NCBI GenBank assembly: GCA_021647505.1
Contig: JAKIUN010000001.1
Coordinates: forward strand, 17,828 to 81,827
Source: Gammaproteobacteria bacterium
Lineage (GTDB): Bacteria > Pseudomonadota > Gammaproteobacteria > SZUA-152
Direction of reading: 5' to 3'
DNA length: 64,000 nt
In this document: piece after piece, positions 10,619 to 21,232 of the stretch
Numbering within the stretch: the first letter of the stretch is position 1
Layout of the letters: each line of letters opens with the position of its first letter
The notes under the pieces: model-generated
Seen by the model: the letters and a program-made list of their open reading frames with translations, nothing else
Database searches by the model: none
What the model was told of the DNA's origin: nothing
Program-made: the position numbers and the translations under genes

Positions 10619-13600
10619 AGCGCCTCTCCGTGGTTCAGCGCCGTGGCGTACAGGGCCGTGGCCAGCTCGGTGAATTCTGTGCAGGCCAGTGGATTGGCAT
10701 TCAGGCCACGCAGGGCCAACTGGATATAGACATCATCCTGATCGCCGGGAATATTCTGAAAACGGTTGCCCGCCCATTTGCCCGCCGCTGCCTTCATGGC
10801 TTTTTCGGCGTCGTCCCGCTTCATCGCCCAGGCATGGCTGGCGTCGGGGAACACCGGCAGTGGCCGCTGCAGGCCCTGCCAATAGATGTCCACGTATTGC
10901 TGTAATTCGGCCCGTGCGGTCACTGCGGGCACGACGGCAAAACGCCAGGCCGCATCACGGCAGACCAGGGTGCTGCCCTCATCCGCTGTCAGTCGTTCAC
11001 TGGCGCACAGTGCCAGGTGATCCAGCCACAGGCCCAGCAGCGCCTTGCCCTTTAGCTTCGAGGCGCTGACGTGCAGTACGCCACAGCCCGGCAGGTAGCG
11101 TTCGATCTGCCCACCGAGGCGGAAGCCGTCGGCACAGGCGATGTCCACCGGCCGAGGACTGAACTCACCACCGACGAAGCCCTTCAGCGTCTCCATCAAG
11201 GGCGCTACTTCCTGTTGCTCGCGCACCAGGCTGATTTCGGAAAACACCCCGTGCGGCAACAGGCCTCGGGCACGCAGCTGTTCGGTGCGAGTCGCACGGC
11301 CCTGTAAAAAATCGTCGAGCAGGCGCGACTTGATCGCCCAGCGTTGCAGGCCATCGAGGGCAAACGGCTCTTCGTCCTCGTTCTGCGCCGTCTCCTGCAA
11401 ATAGATGCGCAGGCGTTGGTTGAAAAAATATTTCACCGGATGGGCAAGAAACCGGCGCAGGCTTTTCAGCTCGATGTCGTGCCGTTCGCCGTCCGCCAGT
11501 GGCAGCGATACGCCGGGCCAGTCCTGTGCTTCTGCGACCTCCGCATTACCTTGAATGGCCGTGGCCACTCGGCACCAGTAGCGGTCGTAGCTGGCGTCGT
11601 TTTGCGCATAATTGCGTGGGCTGAAGGGCTGCAGGGGGTGCAGTCGGGTGATGCGCTTGCTGATCGGCGCCTCGCCGGCAGCGAGCGGGTAACGACTATC
11701 CATGAAGTCGAGCAGCTCGTGCACCAGCACCGAGGGCTGACGCTCGCCGTTGTCTTTCATGTCACGACCGGTGTAGCTGATGTAGAGCATCTGCCGCGTG
11801 CAGAGCAGGGTTTCCAACAATAAATAGCGATCCTCATCGCCCTTGCGCGGATCACCCGGCCGCCACTGGTCAGCCATGCCATCGAACTCCAGGGCCTGCT
11901 CGCGGCGCGGGAAGGCCTGGTCATTCATGCCCAGCAGGCAGATGACGCGGAACGGCAGGCTGCGCATGGGGCGCATGCCGCAGAAGGTGACGCCGCCGGA
12001 GAAATAGCGGCCGTGCAGGGTCTGCTGGCCGAGAACCTTATCCAGCCAGTGGCGCAGCAACGGCGACGAGAGGATCTGTTCGTCCGCCTGCTGGTGCAGT
12101 TCGTCGAGGCTGTCGCGGATCTGTTGCAGCTTGCCGTCGTCGTCATGCTCGCTGAAGAAATCCTCCAGCAGGCGGTTGAGCAGCCGCTGCCAGTCACCGG
12201 CGCTGCGCTCGTGCGACAGCTCGCGGCGGTAGTCGCGCAGGCGCTCGAACAGTTGCCAGAAGCGTCCCAGGGCGATGGCCTTGTCACCCTCGGCGACGGC
12301 CAGCGGCGCGATGTCCTGCCAGTCGTCATCCACGCCCAGGGCATAGCCGGCGAACAGTCGCTGTCCCGCCTGCCGCCAAGTATTTTGTTCAAAGCCCGGC
12401 AGGCCCAGCTCGCGCTTGTGTTCGGCATCCAGGCCCCAACGCACTTCGGCCTCATCCAGCATTTCGCGAATCGCCTCGCAAGCGACGGCATCCAGGCCGA
12501 AGCGCGCACTCAGTTCCGGCACGTCCAGATATGACATCACCTCAGAGTGGCTGAAGCGGCTTTCCGGCAAGGTGAGTAACTGGAAAAAGATACGGATCAG
12601 GGGATGCTCATCGGCGATGCTGATATCCGACAAGTTCCACGGAATGAAGGGCCGCGCGCCCGATTCGTCCTTGCGGAACACAGCCTCGATGAAGGGGGCG
12701 TAGCGACTGATCTCTGGCACCATGATGAGAATATCTTCCGGCTTCAGGGTACTGTCGGCATCCAGCGCGCGCAGCAACTGGTCGTGCAGCACCTGGCATT
12801 CGCGCAGTGGGCTGTGGCAGATGTGCAACTGCACCGAACCGTCCGCCGTGGGTCTGGTCGGCGGCTGGTCGAGGTTGAAAATGTCCTGCTGGATGTGGTG
12901 TAGCAGGCTGTCGGCGGCAGGCGGGCGGTAATCCTCCCACTCGGCGGCCTGCAAGTCGTCGTGATTCAGCAGCAGATCCTGCAGGGCCTGGCCCTGGCGG
13001 CCCCAGGAGGCCAGCAGCTCGTTACCGGTATCGAAATAGACCGCCGTATCGGGTGACTGCATGCGCAGGCGTGAGAGGGCCTTTTTGCTTTTCAGATCCG
13101 CCCAGTACTGATCCGTGGGACTGTGCAGGTACAGGTCGATCTCGCCCGTCGATGGGTGTGCGGCAAGGGCGTGCAGCACATCCACGAACAGCGGCGGCAG
13201 GGTGGAGAGGGCGAACAGGCTGATGCGCTCAGGCAGCGGTATGCTCGTGCCCTTTTGCAGGCGTTGCAGCAGGCGATCCAGCACCGCCACCCGGTGGCTG
13301 TCGCCAAGATCCGCGATCAACTCGCGCCACAGCAGCGCCTGCCAGTCGTCGCCCTCGCCGCAGCTCCACTGGCGGATCAGCGCCGGGCGGTAAAACTGAT
13401 AGCGATCCAGCACGTCGGCGATGCGTGCCGACAGCTGCCAGCGTTTGAGGTCGTCGCTGTCGTCGCGCAGGTAGTGCTGTAGCGGCTGAAAGGCCGGGTG
13501 CGCCAGCAGTGTTGGCAGCAGGGCGAATATCTTCCAGCCCAGGCGCTGGCGTTCCAGTGGATCGGTGTCCGGGGTGTCATCCAGCACCTGACCGGTCAAT

Positions 13601-13836
13601 GCCCAGACCCACGAGGCCGGCAGGGGGTACGCCAGATTAGCGGCAACGCCGTGGGCCTGCGCCAATTGCAGGTTGATCCAGCGTGCCATGGCCGGGCTGG
13701 GCACGACGATGACCTCGGCATCAAACGGCGAGGCCAGCGGCCGCGCAGCCAGCCGCCGGGCCAGCTCAGCCAGCAGAGACTCGATGCGGTTTGAACTGAT
13801 GAGCTGTAGCGCCACGGAGTGCTGCCTGTTGGTCAC
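10615..13836 (-). CDS. recC: Exodeoxyribonuclease V gamma subunit
   Basis: SNRIESL, LLASWGRQG, CHSPLRECQVLHDQLL, MRSLPFRVICLLGMN; start may be GTG 13815. Confidence 0.96.
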   Translation of the reverse strand: MTNRQHSVALQLISSNRIESLLAELARRLAARPLASPFDAEVIVVPSPAMARWINLQLAQAHGVAANLAYPLPASWVWALTGQVLDDTPDTDPLERQRLGWKIFALLPTLLAHPAFQPLQHYLRDDSDDLKRWQLSARIADVLDRYQFYRPALIRQWSCGEGDDWQALLWRELIADLGDSHRVAVLDRLLQRLQKGTSIPLPERISLFALSTLPPLFVDVLHALAAHPSTGEIDLYLHSPTDQYWADLKSKKALSRLRMQSPDTAVYFDTGNELLASWGRQGQALQDLLLNHDDLQAAEWEDYRPPAADSLLHHIQQDIFNLDQPPTRPTADGSVQLHICHSPLRECQVLHDQLLRALDADSTLKPEDILIMVPEISRYAPFIEAVFRKDESGARPFIPWNLSDISIADEHPLIRIFFQLLTLPESRFSHSEVMSYLDVPELSARFGLDAVACEAIREMLDEAEVRWGLDAEHKRELGLPGFEQNTWRQAGQRLFAGYALGVDDDWQDIAPLAVAEGDKAIALGRFWQLFERLRDYRRELSHERSAGDWQRLLNRLLEDFFSEHDDDGKLQQIRDSLDELHQQADEQILSSPLLRHWLDKVLGQQTLHGRYFSGGVTFCGMRPMRSLPFRVICLLGMNDQAFPRREQALEFDGMADQWRPGDPRKGDEDRYLLLETLLCTRQMLYISYTGRDMKDNGERQPSVLVHELLDFMDSRYPLAAGEAPISKRITRLHPLQPFSPRNYAQNDASYDRYWCRVATAIQGNAEVAEAQDWPGVSLPLADGERHDIELKSLRRFLAHPVKYFFNQRLRIYLQETAQNEDEEPFALDGLQRWAIKSRLLDDFLQGRATRTEQLRARGLLPHGVFSEISLVREQQEVAPLMETLKGFVGGEFSPRPVDIACADGFRLGGQIERYLPGCGVLHVSASKLKGKALLGLWLDHLALCASERLTADEGSTLVCRDAAWRFAVVPAVTARAELQQYVDIYWQGLQRPLPVFPDASHAWAMKRDDAEKAMKAAAGKWAGNRFQNIPGDQDDVYIQLALRGLNANPLACTEFTELATALYATALNHGEAL

Positions 13837-14081
13837 GGGAGTTCAGGAAACTGTCTGGAACCCGGCTACTACGGTCGGATCGCCATCGGCTCCGGGGGTG
13901 CGCATCTTAGCAAGAGTCCCTGCCCTGGGTCGCGGTTTGTATCCCGGATGCACATGACTCCAGTGACCGAGCAGGCCACGGAGTAGATCCCTGGATCGTG
14001 ACAGCCCGGCTGGGAAAACGGGTCGTGGCCCGGGAAACTGCCCCGATAGAGGTGTATTACCGGCATATTGGCCGCCGAATC

Positions 14082-14110
14082 TTGACTCCAAAGCCACATA
14101 TCTGTTTAAT
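14082..14110 (+). promoter_or_regulatory. Sigma70 promoter of tRNA-Phe
   Basis: TTGACT-17 bp-TTTAAT, 14 nt upstream of the tRNA. Confidence 0.7.
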
Positions 14111-14124
14111 ACGCCTTCCCTGAT

Positions 14125-14200
14125 GCCCGGGTAGCTCAGTCGGTAGAGCAGTGGACTGAAAATCCTCGTGTCGGCAGTTCGATTCTGTCCCCGGGCACCA
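14125..14200 (+). tRNA. tRNA-Phe(GAA)
   Basis: GCCCGGG acceptor stem, TAGCTCAGTCGGTAGAGC D arm, CTGAAAA anticodon loop, GTTCGATTC T loop, CCA end; 76 nt. Confidence 0.97.
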
Positions 14201-14450
14201 TTTTTTCTATTCTAAAACAGCCGTTTAACGTTTCAGCGTCTACCAAGCGGCAATCCAATCAGTTCCTATTGCTACTTCAGTGCTACGTTAAGCACACATC
14301 CTATACTCACTTCTCTTGCTTACAGCCCCTAAATAACATGCATGGGCCAAGGGCAGACAGTACCCATACAGTGCGGGGCCTCTACTGACGGTGTGCCCAT
14401 CGAAAAGATCAACAAGGTTCCGCACCGGCGGTAACAATGCGCTATTCATT

Positions 14451-14473
14451 GTTCCCACGCTCTGCGTGGGAAC
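14451..14473. repeat. REP-like palindrome
   Basis: GTTCCCACGCTCTGCGTGGGAAC, resembling Pseudomonas-type REPs. Confidence 0.7.
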
Positions 14474-14555
14474 GATAAAACGGGCATATACTCCTTGGGC
14501 AAATATGCCCAAGTACCTTGCGGATGACAAAGCTATTCGCACCACTGCCAGCAAC

Positions 14556-14590
14556 AAAAAAGGCGTGACCGTCACCAGTCACGCCTTTTT
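14556..14590. terminator. Bidirectional intrinsic terminator downstream of prk
   Basis: AAAAAAGGCGTGAC-loop-GTCACGCCTTTTT. Confidence 0.8.
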
Positions 14591-14627
14591 GCCGGGCGCA
14601 TTCATCCGCGATGAGGCGTTGCCAAGC

Positions 14628-15515
14628 TCAGACGCTTCGCTTGTCCTCGGTCAACTGATGGATGCGCGGCGCCAAAATCAGCTCCATGGCGAAGCCCATC
14701 TTGCCGCCCGGCACCACGATGGTGTTGGGACGGGACATGAAGGAACCGTCGATCATGTTCAGGAGATAGGGAAAGTCCGCGCCATTGTGATTGCGGAAAC
14801 GGATCACGATGAAACTCTCGTCCGGGGTCGGGATGTCACGGGCAATAAAGGGGTTGGAGGTATCCACCGTGGGTACGCGCTGGAAGTTGATATCCGTGCG
14901 CGAGAACTGCGGGGTGATGTAGTGCACATAGTCGTCCATGCGGCGCAGGATGGTGTCGACGATGGCCTCGGCGGAATAGCCGCGCTGGGCGCTGTCGCGG
15001 TGGATCTTCTGAATCCACTCCAGGTTGACGATGGGCACCACGCCGACCAGCAGGTCAACAAACTTGGAAACGTCTACGTCACCGTCCACGGCGCCGCCGT
15101 GCAGACCTTCGTAGAACAGCACATCGGACTCATCCGTGATGTCTTCCCAGGGGGTGAACTGGCCGGGGCTCAGGTCGGTACCCAGACGGGCATTGTGCTC
15201 GGCGGCCTCGTCGTCACTGTGTAAGTAGTAACGGCGGCGGCACTTGCCGGTTTCGCCATAGGCCTTGAAGGTCTCGGCGATCAGGTCGAAGTGGTTGGAG
15301 TCGGGGCCAAAGTGGCTAAGCTGCTTACCCTTCTTGGCGAAGTCGGTAATCGCTTCTTTCATCGCGGCACGATCATAGCGATGGTAGCTGTCGCCTTCTA
15401 CCACCAGCGGATTGATCTGTTCGCGGCGGAAGATGTGCTCAAAGGCATTTTTGACCGTGGTCGTGCCGGCACCGGAAGAACCGGTAACGGCGATGACGGG
15501 ATGTTTTACCGACAT
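14628..15515 (-). CDS. prkB: Phosphoribulokinase (proteobacterial type, CbbP/PrkB)
   Basis: MSVKHPVIAVTGSSGAGTTTV, EGDSYHRYDR, LFYEGLHG, FQRVPTVDTSNPF. Confidence 0.95.
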   Translation of the reverse strand: MSVKHPVIAVTGSSGAGTTTVKNAFEHIFRREQINPLVVEGDSYHRYDRAAMKEAITDFAKKGKQLSHFGPDSNHFDLIAETFKAYGETGKCRRRYYLHSDDEAAEHNARLGTDLSPGQFTPWEDITDESDVLFYEGLHGGAVDGDVDVSKFVDLLVGVVPIVNLEWIQKIHRDSAQRGYSAEAIVDTILRRMDDYVHYITPQFSRTDINFQRVPTVDTSNPFIARDIPTPDESFIVIRFRNHNGADFPYLLNMIDGSFMSRPNTIVVPGGKMGFAMELILAPRIHQLTEDKRSV

Positions 15516-15679
15516 TTTACTCTCCTTAAAGATACTGAATTCGTTGCCTGCGCCAAATTGCCTGCGCCTAAGGTGAAAAACCGTATTTGGCGGGCGCGGC
15601 GCCAAGCAGGGCGCGCAATAGAGCCGCCAATGATAGCGTTTTCAGGCTGCGCAGGGAAGTTAAGGACTGCCACCAACCC

Positions 15680-16771
15680 TCAGAACAGCTCGATAGTCTG
15701 CCGTTCCCCGGCCTCTTCCCGCAGCACCCGGCCCTCACGGAGACACTCATAGGCATTGACTTGGTTTCGGCCATGGTTCTTGCCGTAATACAAGGCTTTG
15801 TCGGCTCGGTCGATCAGCGCCGAGGGCAGCATCCGCGGTTCGATTTCCACCACGCCAATGGTCAGCGTGACCTGATTGATCTGTGGAAAATGATGTGCCG
15901 CCACCCGCGCACGAAAACGTTCCAGTACGGCCACGGCGGCCTCCAGATCCGCATCCGTCAGCACCGCGATAAACTCTTCGCCCCCATAGCGGAACAGCAT
16001 GTCATTGAAGCGGAATGATTCACGCATCAGCTCGGCCAGAATCAACAATACCTCATCACCGTACAAATGGCCCAGCGAGTCGTTGATACGCTTGAAGTGG
16101 TCGATATCGAAGATGGCGAAACAACCGAGGTTGGTTGCATCAATCGCACGGCGCCCGGGGGCTTCGCTCGGCGCCAGCGCCTTGGCCAGCCAGTTATCGA
16201 GAGCAGCGCGGTTAAATAGACCGGTCAGGCCATCGCGCTGCTGATGGTTGAGCAGGGTGTGCTGGTTGGCGTAGATGGCCACCAGTTTCTCGATGATAGT
16301 GCAGGCACCACCCGCAACGGTAGCCGATTCACAGCTTACCAATCCGGAGACCTGATCCTGCTCGATCACTGGATAGACCCGCTTACAGCCACCACCGGTC
16401 TGGCATTCTTCGGCCATTTCCTGGCTATCGATGCAGCGGCGCAGCAAAGGCCGGTTCTCCAGCGCCGTGAGGTAACTGCCGACCCTGTCGATATTCGTGC
16501 ATGCCACGACCTTGGCGGACAAATTGCCCAGATCACCCTGCAAGGCATAGACGCAGACACTGAAGCCCCGCTGCAGGGTGGAAACCGTGCGCACCATGGC
16601 CGCAGCCAGGGTGTCCAAATCGCGCTGCGCAGTCAGATCCACGGCGGCATCCAGCGGAGATAAATCATAAGACAAGGTCAAGTACTCGACTGGTTTTCCA
16701 TACGAAAAGTAGGATAGCACAGCGGTTTCCGGGCGTCCCATGGTTCTTGCCAAGCGGCCCTGGCGCGCCAT
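15680..16771 (-). CDS. Diguanylate cyclase (GAF-like + GGDEF)
   Basis: DGLTGLFNR, DIDHFKRINDSLGHLYGD, RYGGEEF, ADKALYYGK; the true start is probably near 16680-16700. Confidence 0.9.
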   Translation of the reverse strand: MARQGRLARTMGRPETAVLSYFSYGKPVEYLTLSYDLSPLDAAVDLTAQRDLDTLAAAMVRTVSTLQRGFSVCVYALQGDLGNLSAKVVACTNIDRVGSYLTALENRPLLRRCIDSQEMAEECQTGGGCKRVYPVIEQDQVSGLVSCESATVAGGACTIIEKLVAIYANQHTLLNHQQRDGLTGLFNRAALDNWLAKALAPSEAPGRRAIDATNLGCFAIFDIDHFKRINDSLGHLYGDEVLLILAELMRESFRFNDMLFRYGGEEFIAVLTDADLEAAVAVLERFRARVAAHHFPQINQVTLTIGVVEIEPRMLPSALIDRADKALYYGKNHGRNQVNAYECLREGRVLREEAGERQTIELF

Positions 16772-16776
16772 AGAAT
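16747..16776 (+). promoter_or_regulatory. Sigma70 promoter of tRNA-Gly
   Basis: TTGCCA-18 bp-TAGAAT. Confidence 0.6.
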
Positions 16777-16792
16777 GGTCTGCAACAGACGT

Positions 16793-16867
16793 GCGGGCGT
16801 CGTATAACGGCTATTACCTCAGCTTCCCAAGCTGATGACGTGGGTTCGACTCCCATCGCCCGCTCCA
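16793..16867 (+). tRNA. tRNA-Gly(CCC)
   Basis: GCGGGCG acceptor stem, TCAGC-TTCCCAA-GCTGA anticodon arm, GGTTCGACTCC, CCA end. Confidence 0.96.
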
Positions 16868-17069
16868 ATTCCCTGATCCCGCTGTGCCACCACCGCACAA
16901 GCACGCTGCGGATGAGCCCACCCCCGGGTGACAATAATCCTAGATTAATCAGTTGACCGCTTCGAGGTAAGTCTAAGTGCATGGCAATAAACGAATTCAT
17001 CGAAAAACCAGACTTCACCTGCCGGGTGAGGATGCTACAACCTACCCGGCAGCTGATTAATCTAGGATA

Positions 17070-18532
17070 ATGCACCGGCGTAACAACCTTCTGTCGATGG
17101 CTGTCATACTGGCCTTGGTCAGCGCTTTTTCCGCCACCATCAACGCCACAGAGATGGAACGCTGGCGACTGGCGGAAACGCGTGTCGACGGTGGCGAATA
17201 CCTTGTCTACCGGCTGTCTTACCGTGGTATCTTCACCGCTTTCGTGTGGAAGGAACTGGCGGATCTCGCCCTTATTGCCGGCCAGCGGCCGATAAATTTC
17301 GAACAGCAGCCCGGCTGCCACCTGCAACTGAAGCTCTCCACGGAAAACTACGCCGTGGCCGAAGTACTGCGCCCCACTCGCTACCAAAGACACAGCATCG
17401 TCGATCCCGGGCTGCAACGCGCCCTGCTGATTGAAGAGATCGAAGACAGCACGGAAGACGAACAAAATGCCACCTGGATAAACTGGACGGACAAGCGTAT
17501 CGAGCTGTTCCGCCAGCGCCGTCAGATCACCGACGATGCCGGCTTCTTTTTCGATGATGACGACCCCTATCCCGCCGACATGGAATGGGAAGAAGATGGC
17601 GCCAAGCCCCTGCCGGATTTCCTCAACACCTGGCCTCTCCTTGACGGAAAATACACGCCGTTGATCTATGATAAATCCATCGATATTTCTGATCTGGAGT
17701 CCCTGCTCGACCCCCTGTCTCTCATTTTCGCTGCCCGCTGGCAGACGGACGATGCCTCGCAATATCGGGTTTTCCCGGTCACCTATGAAGACGAAGTTCG
17801 CTATTACCGCACCCATACCCTAGGCCGGGAAGACGTAGACATCGCTGGCGCCCGGCTGCCGGCACACAAACTGGAAATCAAGCGTACCCGGCTTGAAGGC
17901 GCCGAGGACAAAGGGTTTCTCATCATGTGGCTGAGCGACGATGAGCGGCGTATTCCGCTGCAATTTGAGATACAGACCAAGGTGGGGAAGATAAAGATTC
18001 ACATCAGACCGGAATCGTTGCGCAACAATCGCAGCAACATCGAAGACTGCATCGCAACTGGCTCACCACAACTGGCATCGAAAAATGCGCTGTCAGGCGC
18101 ACAATACCAGCAAAACCTGGGGGGCTGGGTCGGCGGCGTGAGTGGTGGTCATGTGACCGCCAGCGCCGATCCTATAACTGAGCGCGCCGATCTTAACTCC
18201 TGGAGTATCGGCGGCGAATTGCGCCGTGGCCGCTTTGCCTTCGGCACGGCATATGTGTGGCGGGGTGACAGTAATCTGCGCACGAAAAATTATGACCAGG
18301 AAGAAACCAATATCGGCATTTCCTGGCGTGGCAAAAAGTGGCGTGCTGCCTTGTCCCGCTCACACACCACATCATCCTTACATAACTATAAATTGTTGGA
18401 GTCGGTACATCCATAAAACTCAAGCCCTGGGCCAACTGGCGCACCGACATTGTTCGTTATGACGAGATCACAGCCACCAATGGCTCACAGCAGGCCGCAG
18501 TGTTTCTCACTGAGCTGGAATTGAGGATCTAA
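17070..18532 (+). CDS. DUF3108-like exported protein fused to a porin-like beta-strand C-terminus; frameshifted near 18390
   Basis: GEYLVYRLSY, LDPLSLIF, MWLSDDERRIPLQ; the ORF stops at 18416 but another frame continues IVGVGTSIKLKPWANWRTDIVRYDE...FLTELELRI* to 18532. Confidence 0.6.
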
Positions 18533-18548
18533 ATACCATATTCCATTT

Positions 18549-18575
18549 GTCATTCCGGCGTAAGCCGGAATCCAG
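18549..18575. repeat. dRS3/RPE-like palindromic repeat
   Basis: GTCATTCCGGCGTAAGCCGGAATCCAG. Confidence 0.6.
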
Positions 18576-18654
18576 AATGTGCGTGACATCAAACACTCTA
18601 ATCTTACCCCCCCCCCCTCTCTCTCTCTCTTTTCGCTACATTTTTATTGTCCAT

Positions 18655-18774
18655 CAATAAACCACCCCGCAGCTTGCTGCGTAGGCTTTTTGTTCAAACG
18701 CCTAAGCGTTTGAACTGGTAGTACAATACCCCGCTTTCGCGTAGCGAAATAGCTTGCTGCGGGGTGGTTTATTG
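18655..18774. repeat. 120-bp palindromic element with 19-bp terminal inverted repeats
   Basis: CAATAAACCACCCCGCAGC ... GCTGCGGGGTGGTTTATTG; internal hairpin GTTCAAACGC-CTAA-GCGTTTGAAC. Confidence 0.75.
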
Positions 18775-19660
18775 GCAATATTTGGTAGTTCCATTCGCCA
18801 TGAAACACATTACGTTTGATTTGCACTTCGGCAAGTAAATCGTCACTAATTTTTTTAGACTTTTCATATTCGCTTTTGTCCAACCAAGCGTGAACTTCCA
18901 AACCTTCTTTAGTTTTTGTTGAACCAATAAGGTTAACGACAATCTCGTGAGTTTCCAATGGAACGCCCTGCCAGTTACGCGTGATATGGCAAAATAAGCG
19001 GTGCTCTATTTTATTCCACTTGCTGGTTCCTGGTGGGTAGTGACATAACTCTATCTTTAAACCTGTTTTGTTGGAAAACAGTTGTAGCGCCCACCGCCAA
19101 AGTCGAGTTCGTGGACTATTGCTACCCCCGCAGTCTGCCGTTATCAATAGTCGTTTGGCCGCAGGGTATCGCTTCTTACCCATCTTTACCCACCACCGTT
19201 CAATTGCGGCTACTGCAAATTCTGCCGTGTCATGACTAACGCAACCGATACGCCTGCTTCATTTAAAGCCATATCGTAAACCCCGTAGGGAACGGCTTTG
19301 CCGAGTGCTTTATCTGGAAAATCATGGGTGCTAACTTTCCTGGGCTTGCCTTTTGGTTGGTAAGTTTTCCCTGCATTTTTCATATTGCCTAAGGGCTCTT
19401 TCTTTTTTGTATCGATAGAGACTGCGGGTTGCTGTGCTCGCAAAATGGCTTTAACTCGTTTGTTGATGTGTTCGAATTGTGCGTTACGATCAGGGTGTTG
19501 CTTCCCTTCGATTGTTTTTCGATTAGCTTGAAGACTATAGCCTTGCGAACGAAGCAATTGCCCGATCTTCGTACTGCTAACAAAGTACCCTTGCCGTTTC
19601 AATTCTCGCGAGGGTGTATGCGTGCTTTTACCGCACCAATCCAACACTGAATTCGGTAAC
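18775..19660 (-). pseudogene. ISAzo13-family transposase, 5'-truncated and frameshifted
   Basis: GYSLQANRKT, HPDRNAQFEHIN, SIDTKKKE, KAVPYGVYD, ITADCGGSN, PPGTSKWNKIEHRLF; 1-nt frameshift near 19240. Confidence 0.9.
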
Positions 19661-20766
19661 TTATTGTTTTGCAGGCCCTTAGTCCGCGAAACAGCAAAAG
19701 AAAAGGCCGAAGTCGTTAATGAGCTACAGGGAGTACGAAAATCATTGTTACCCGGATATCGAGTCAAAATGCTTGACGGTAACTGCATTGAAGCATCAGA
19801 ACACCGGCTGGATGTGTTAAGGGAGACCAGAGCGGGTGCGCTTCCCGGAAAGTCCCTTGTTGTTTATGACCCCGCGTTGGAAATGGCTATTGATGTTTTT
19901 CCTTGTGAGGATGGCCATGCGCAGGAACGTTCTCTGCTTGGGCAATTATTACCCACGATTGAACCCTCTGATGTGTGGATCATGGATCGAAATTTTTGTG
20001 TTCGCGCGTTTCTTCTGACCATTGATGACAACGATAGTTATTTCATCTGTAGAGAGCATAAAGGGCTTAAGTGGGAGGCATCTGGTCGAGAAATAAAAGT
20101 GGGGAAAACAGGCACTGGAACGCTATATGAGCACTGGGTCAGTATCATTGATGATTTTGGTAAGAGCAGACAATACCGCAGGATTCGACTGTGCCTGAAC
20201 TCAGAAACGCGTGACAGTGAAAAGGAAATTGTCATTCTGACCAATCTGACGAAAACCACGGCCAACGCCAAGCTTATCGCCGAGCTGTATCGCAAGCGAT
20301 GGCGCATAGAAACGCTGTTTCAAGAGCTGGAAGCACATTTACATTCAGAAGTGAATACATTGGGCTATCCGAAAGCAGCCCTATTTGGGTTTTGTGTTGC
20401 GCTGGTTGCTTACAATGTTCTTGCCGTTGTAAAAGCCACTCTACGAGTTCAACATGGGGAAGAGAAAATAGAAAAGGAAGTATCTGGATATTATTTGGCG
20501 GGAAACATTGCCCGCACTTATGATGGAATGATGGTTGCGTTACCGGATAAAGAGTGGATTATCTTTCAAGCGATGCCTCTATTTAGACTGGCTGAGGTTT
20601 TGCTTCAGCTTGGGTCAAATGTGACGTTGTCAAAATTCATGAAGTCGAGGCGAGGCCCAAAGAAACCTCTTGTCAAGCGCAATAAATATTCGAAGCATCC
20701 ACATGTTTCTACGGCAAAGTTGCTACGTGGGGAAAAACCAAATGAATAGTCACCTTGAAAGGGCTG
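19660..20766 (+). mobile_element. IS4-like DDE transposase, 5'-truncated, with a putative right end after the stop at 20749
   Basis: LDGNC, DGHAQERSL, WIMDRNF, LYRKRWRIETLFQEL (YREK-type motif); CACCTTGAAAGGGCTG follows the stop. Confidence 0.8.
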
Positions 20767-20830
20767 GGGTTAGAGACCCCCGGTTACCCGATTAGCTGCT
20801 TTCACCTTTTGAATTCCGAAAAGATGAAAA

Positions 20831-21232
20831 TCAACCCTTGCTGACGGGCTCCGCCGTGGCCGGAGTCGTGGGTGTCGCATGCAGCGAAGCCAGCGGTGCA
20901 CGGCGCTCATCGGCAAAGTTTTCCAGGAAGGCCAGCGCACTGTTATAGACAATGGCGCCGGCATCGGCGGCCAGATCCAGGGCGCGATGGGCATCCGAAC
21001 GCAGGCGAGCCGGCAGGCCTTCAGTGCGGGCTTCTTGCAGCATTTTCTCAGAAAACACATTGTCGCGGATCTGCTCGGAGATACTGAGAGCCATCGCCAA
21101 TTCGCGTTCCAGCACATCCGCCGATGCCTCGCCCACGGCACGCGAGGCGCGAACCACGGCCCGAACCGAGCGGACAACGTCTTCCAGGCCGGTAGGTTGT
21201 TCATTGACGACAGACTCGGTGTGTGTGCTCAT
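20831..21232 (-). CDS. Hypothetical alpha-helical protein
   Basis: 133-aa ORF with an AGGGGG RBS and host-like codon usage. Confidence 0.65.
   Translation of the reverse strand: MSTHTESVVNEQPTGLEDVVRSVRAVVRASRAVGEASADVLERELAMALSISEQIRDNVFSEKMLQEARTEGLPARLRSDAHRALDLAADAGAIVYNSALAFLENFADERRAPLASLHATPTTPATAEPVSKG

Noticed and set aside
5197-13836. Helicase/nuclease cluster as a novel defence system
   Set aside because: Sizes, order and motifs are those of canonical recC-recB-recD
13850-14080. Possible ncRNA between recC and tRNA-Phe
   Set aside because: GC-rich but no recognisable family motif or convincing structure
19230-19250. Programmed frameshift in the ISAzo13 transposase
   Set aside because: No slippery sequence; looks like a single-G deletion in an already truncated gene
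14200-20800. Prophage or ICE integrated at tRNA-Phe or tRNA-Gly
   Set aside because: No integrase, and I found no duplicated tRNA 3' end by eye
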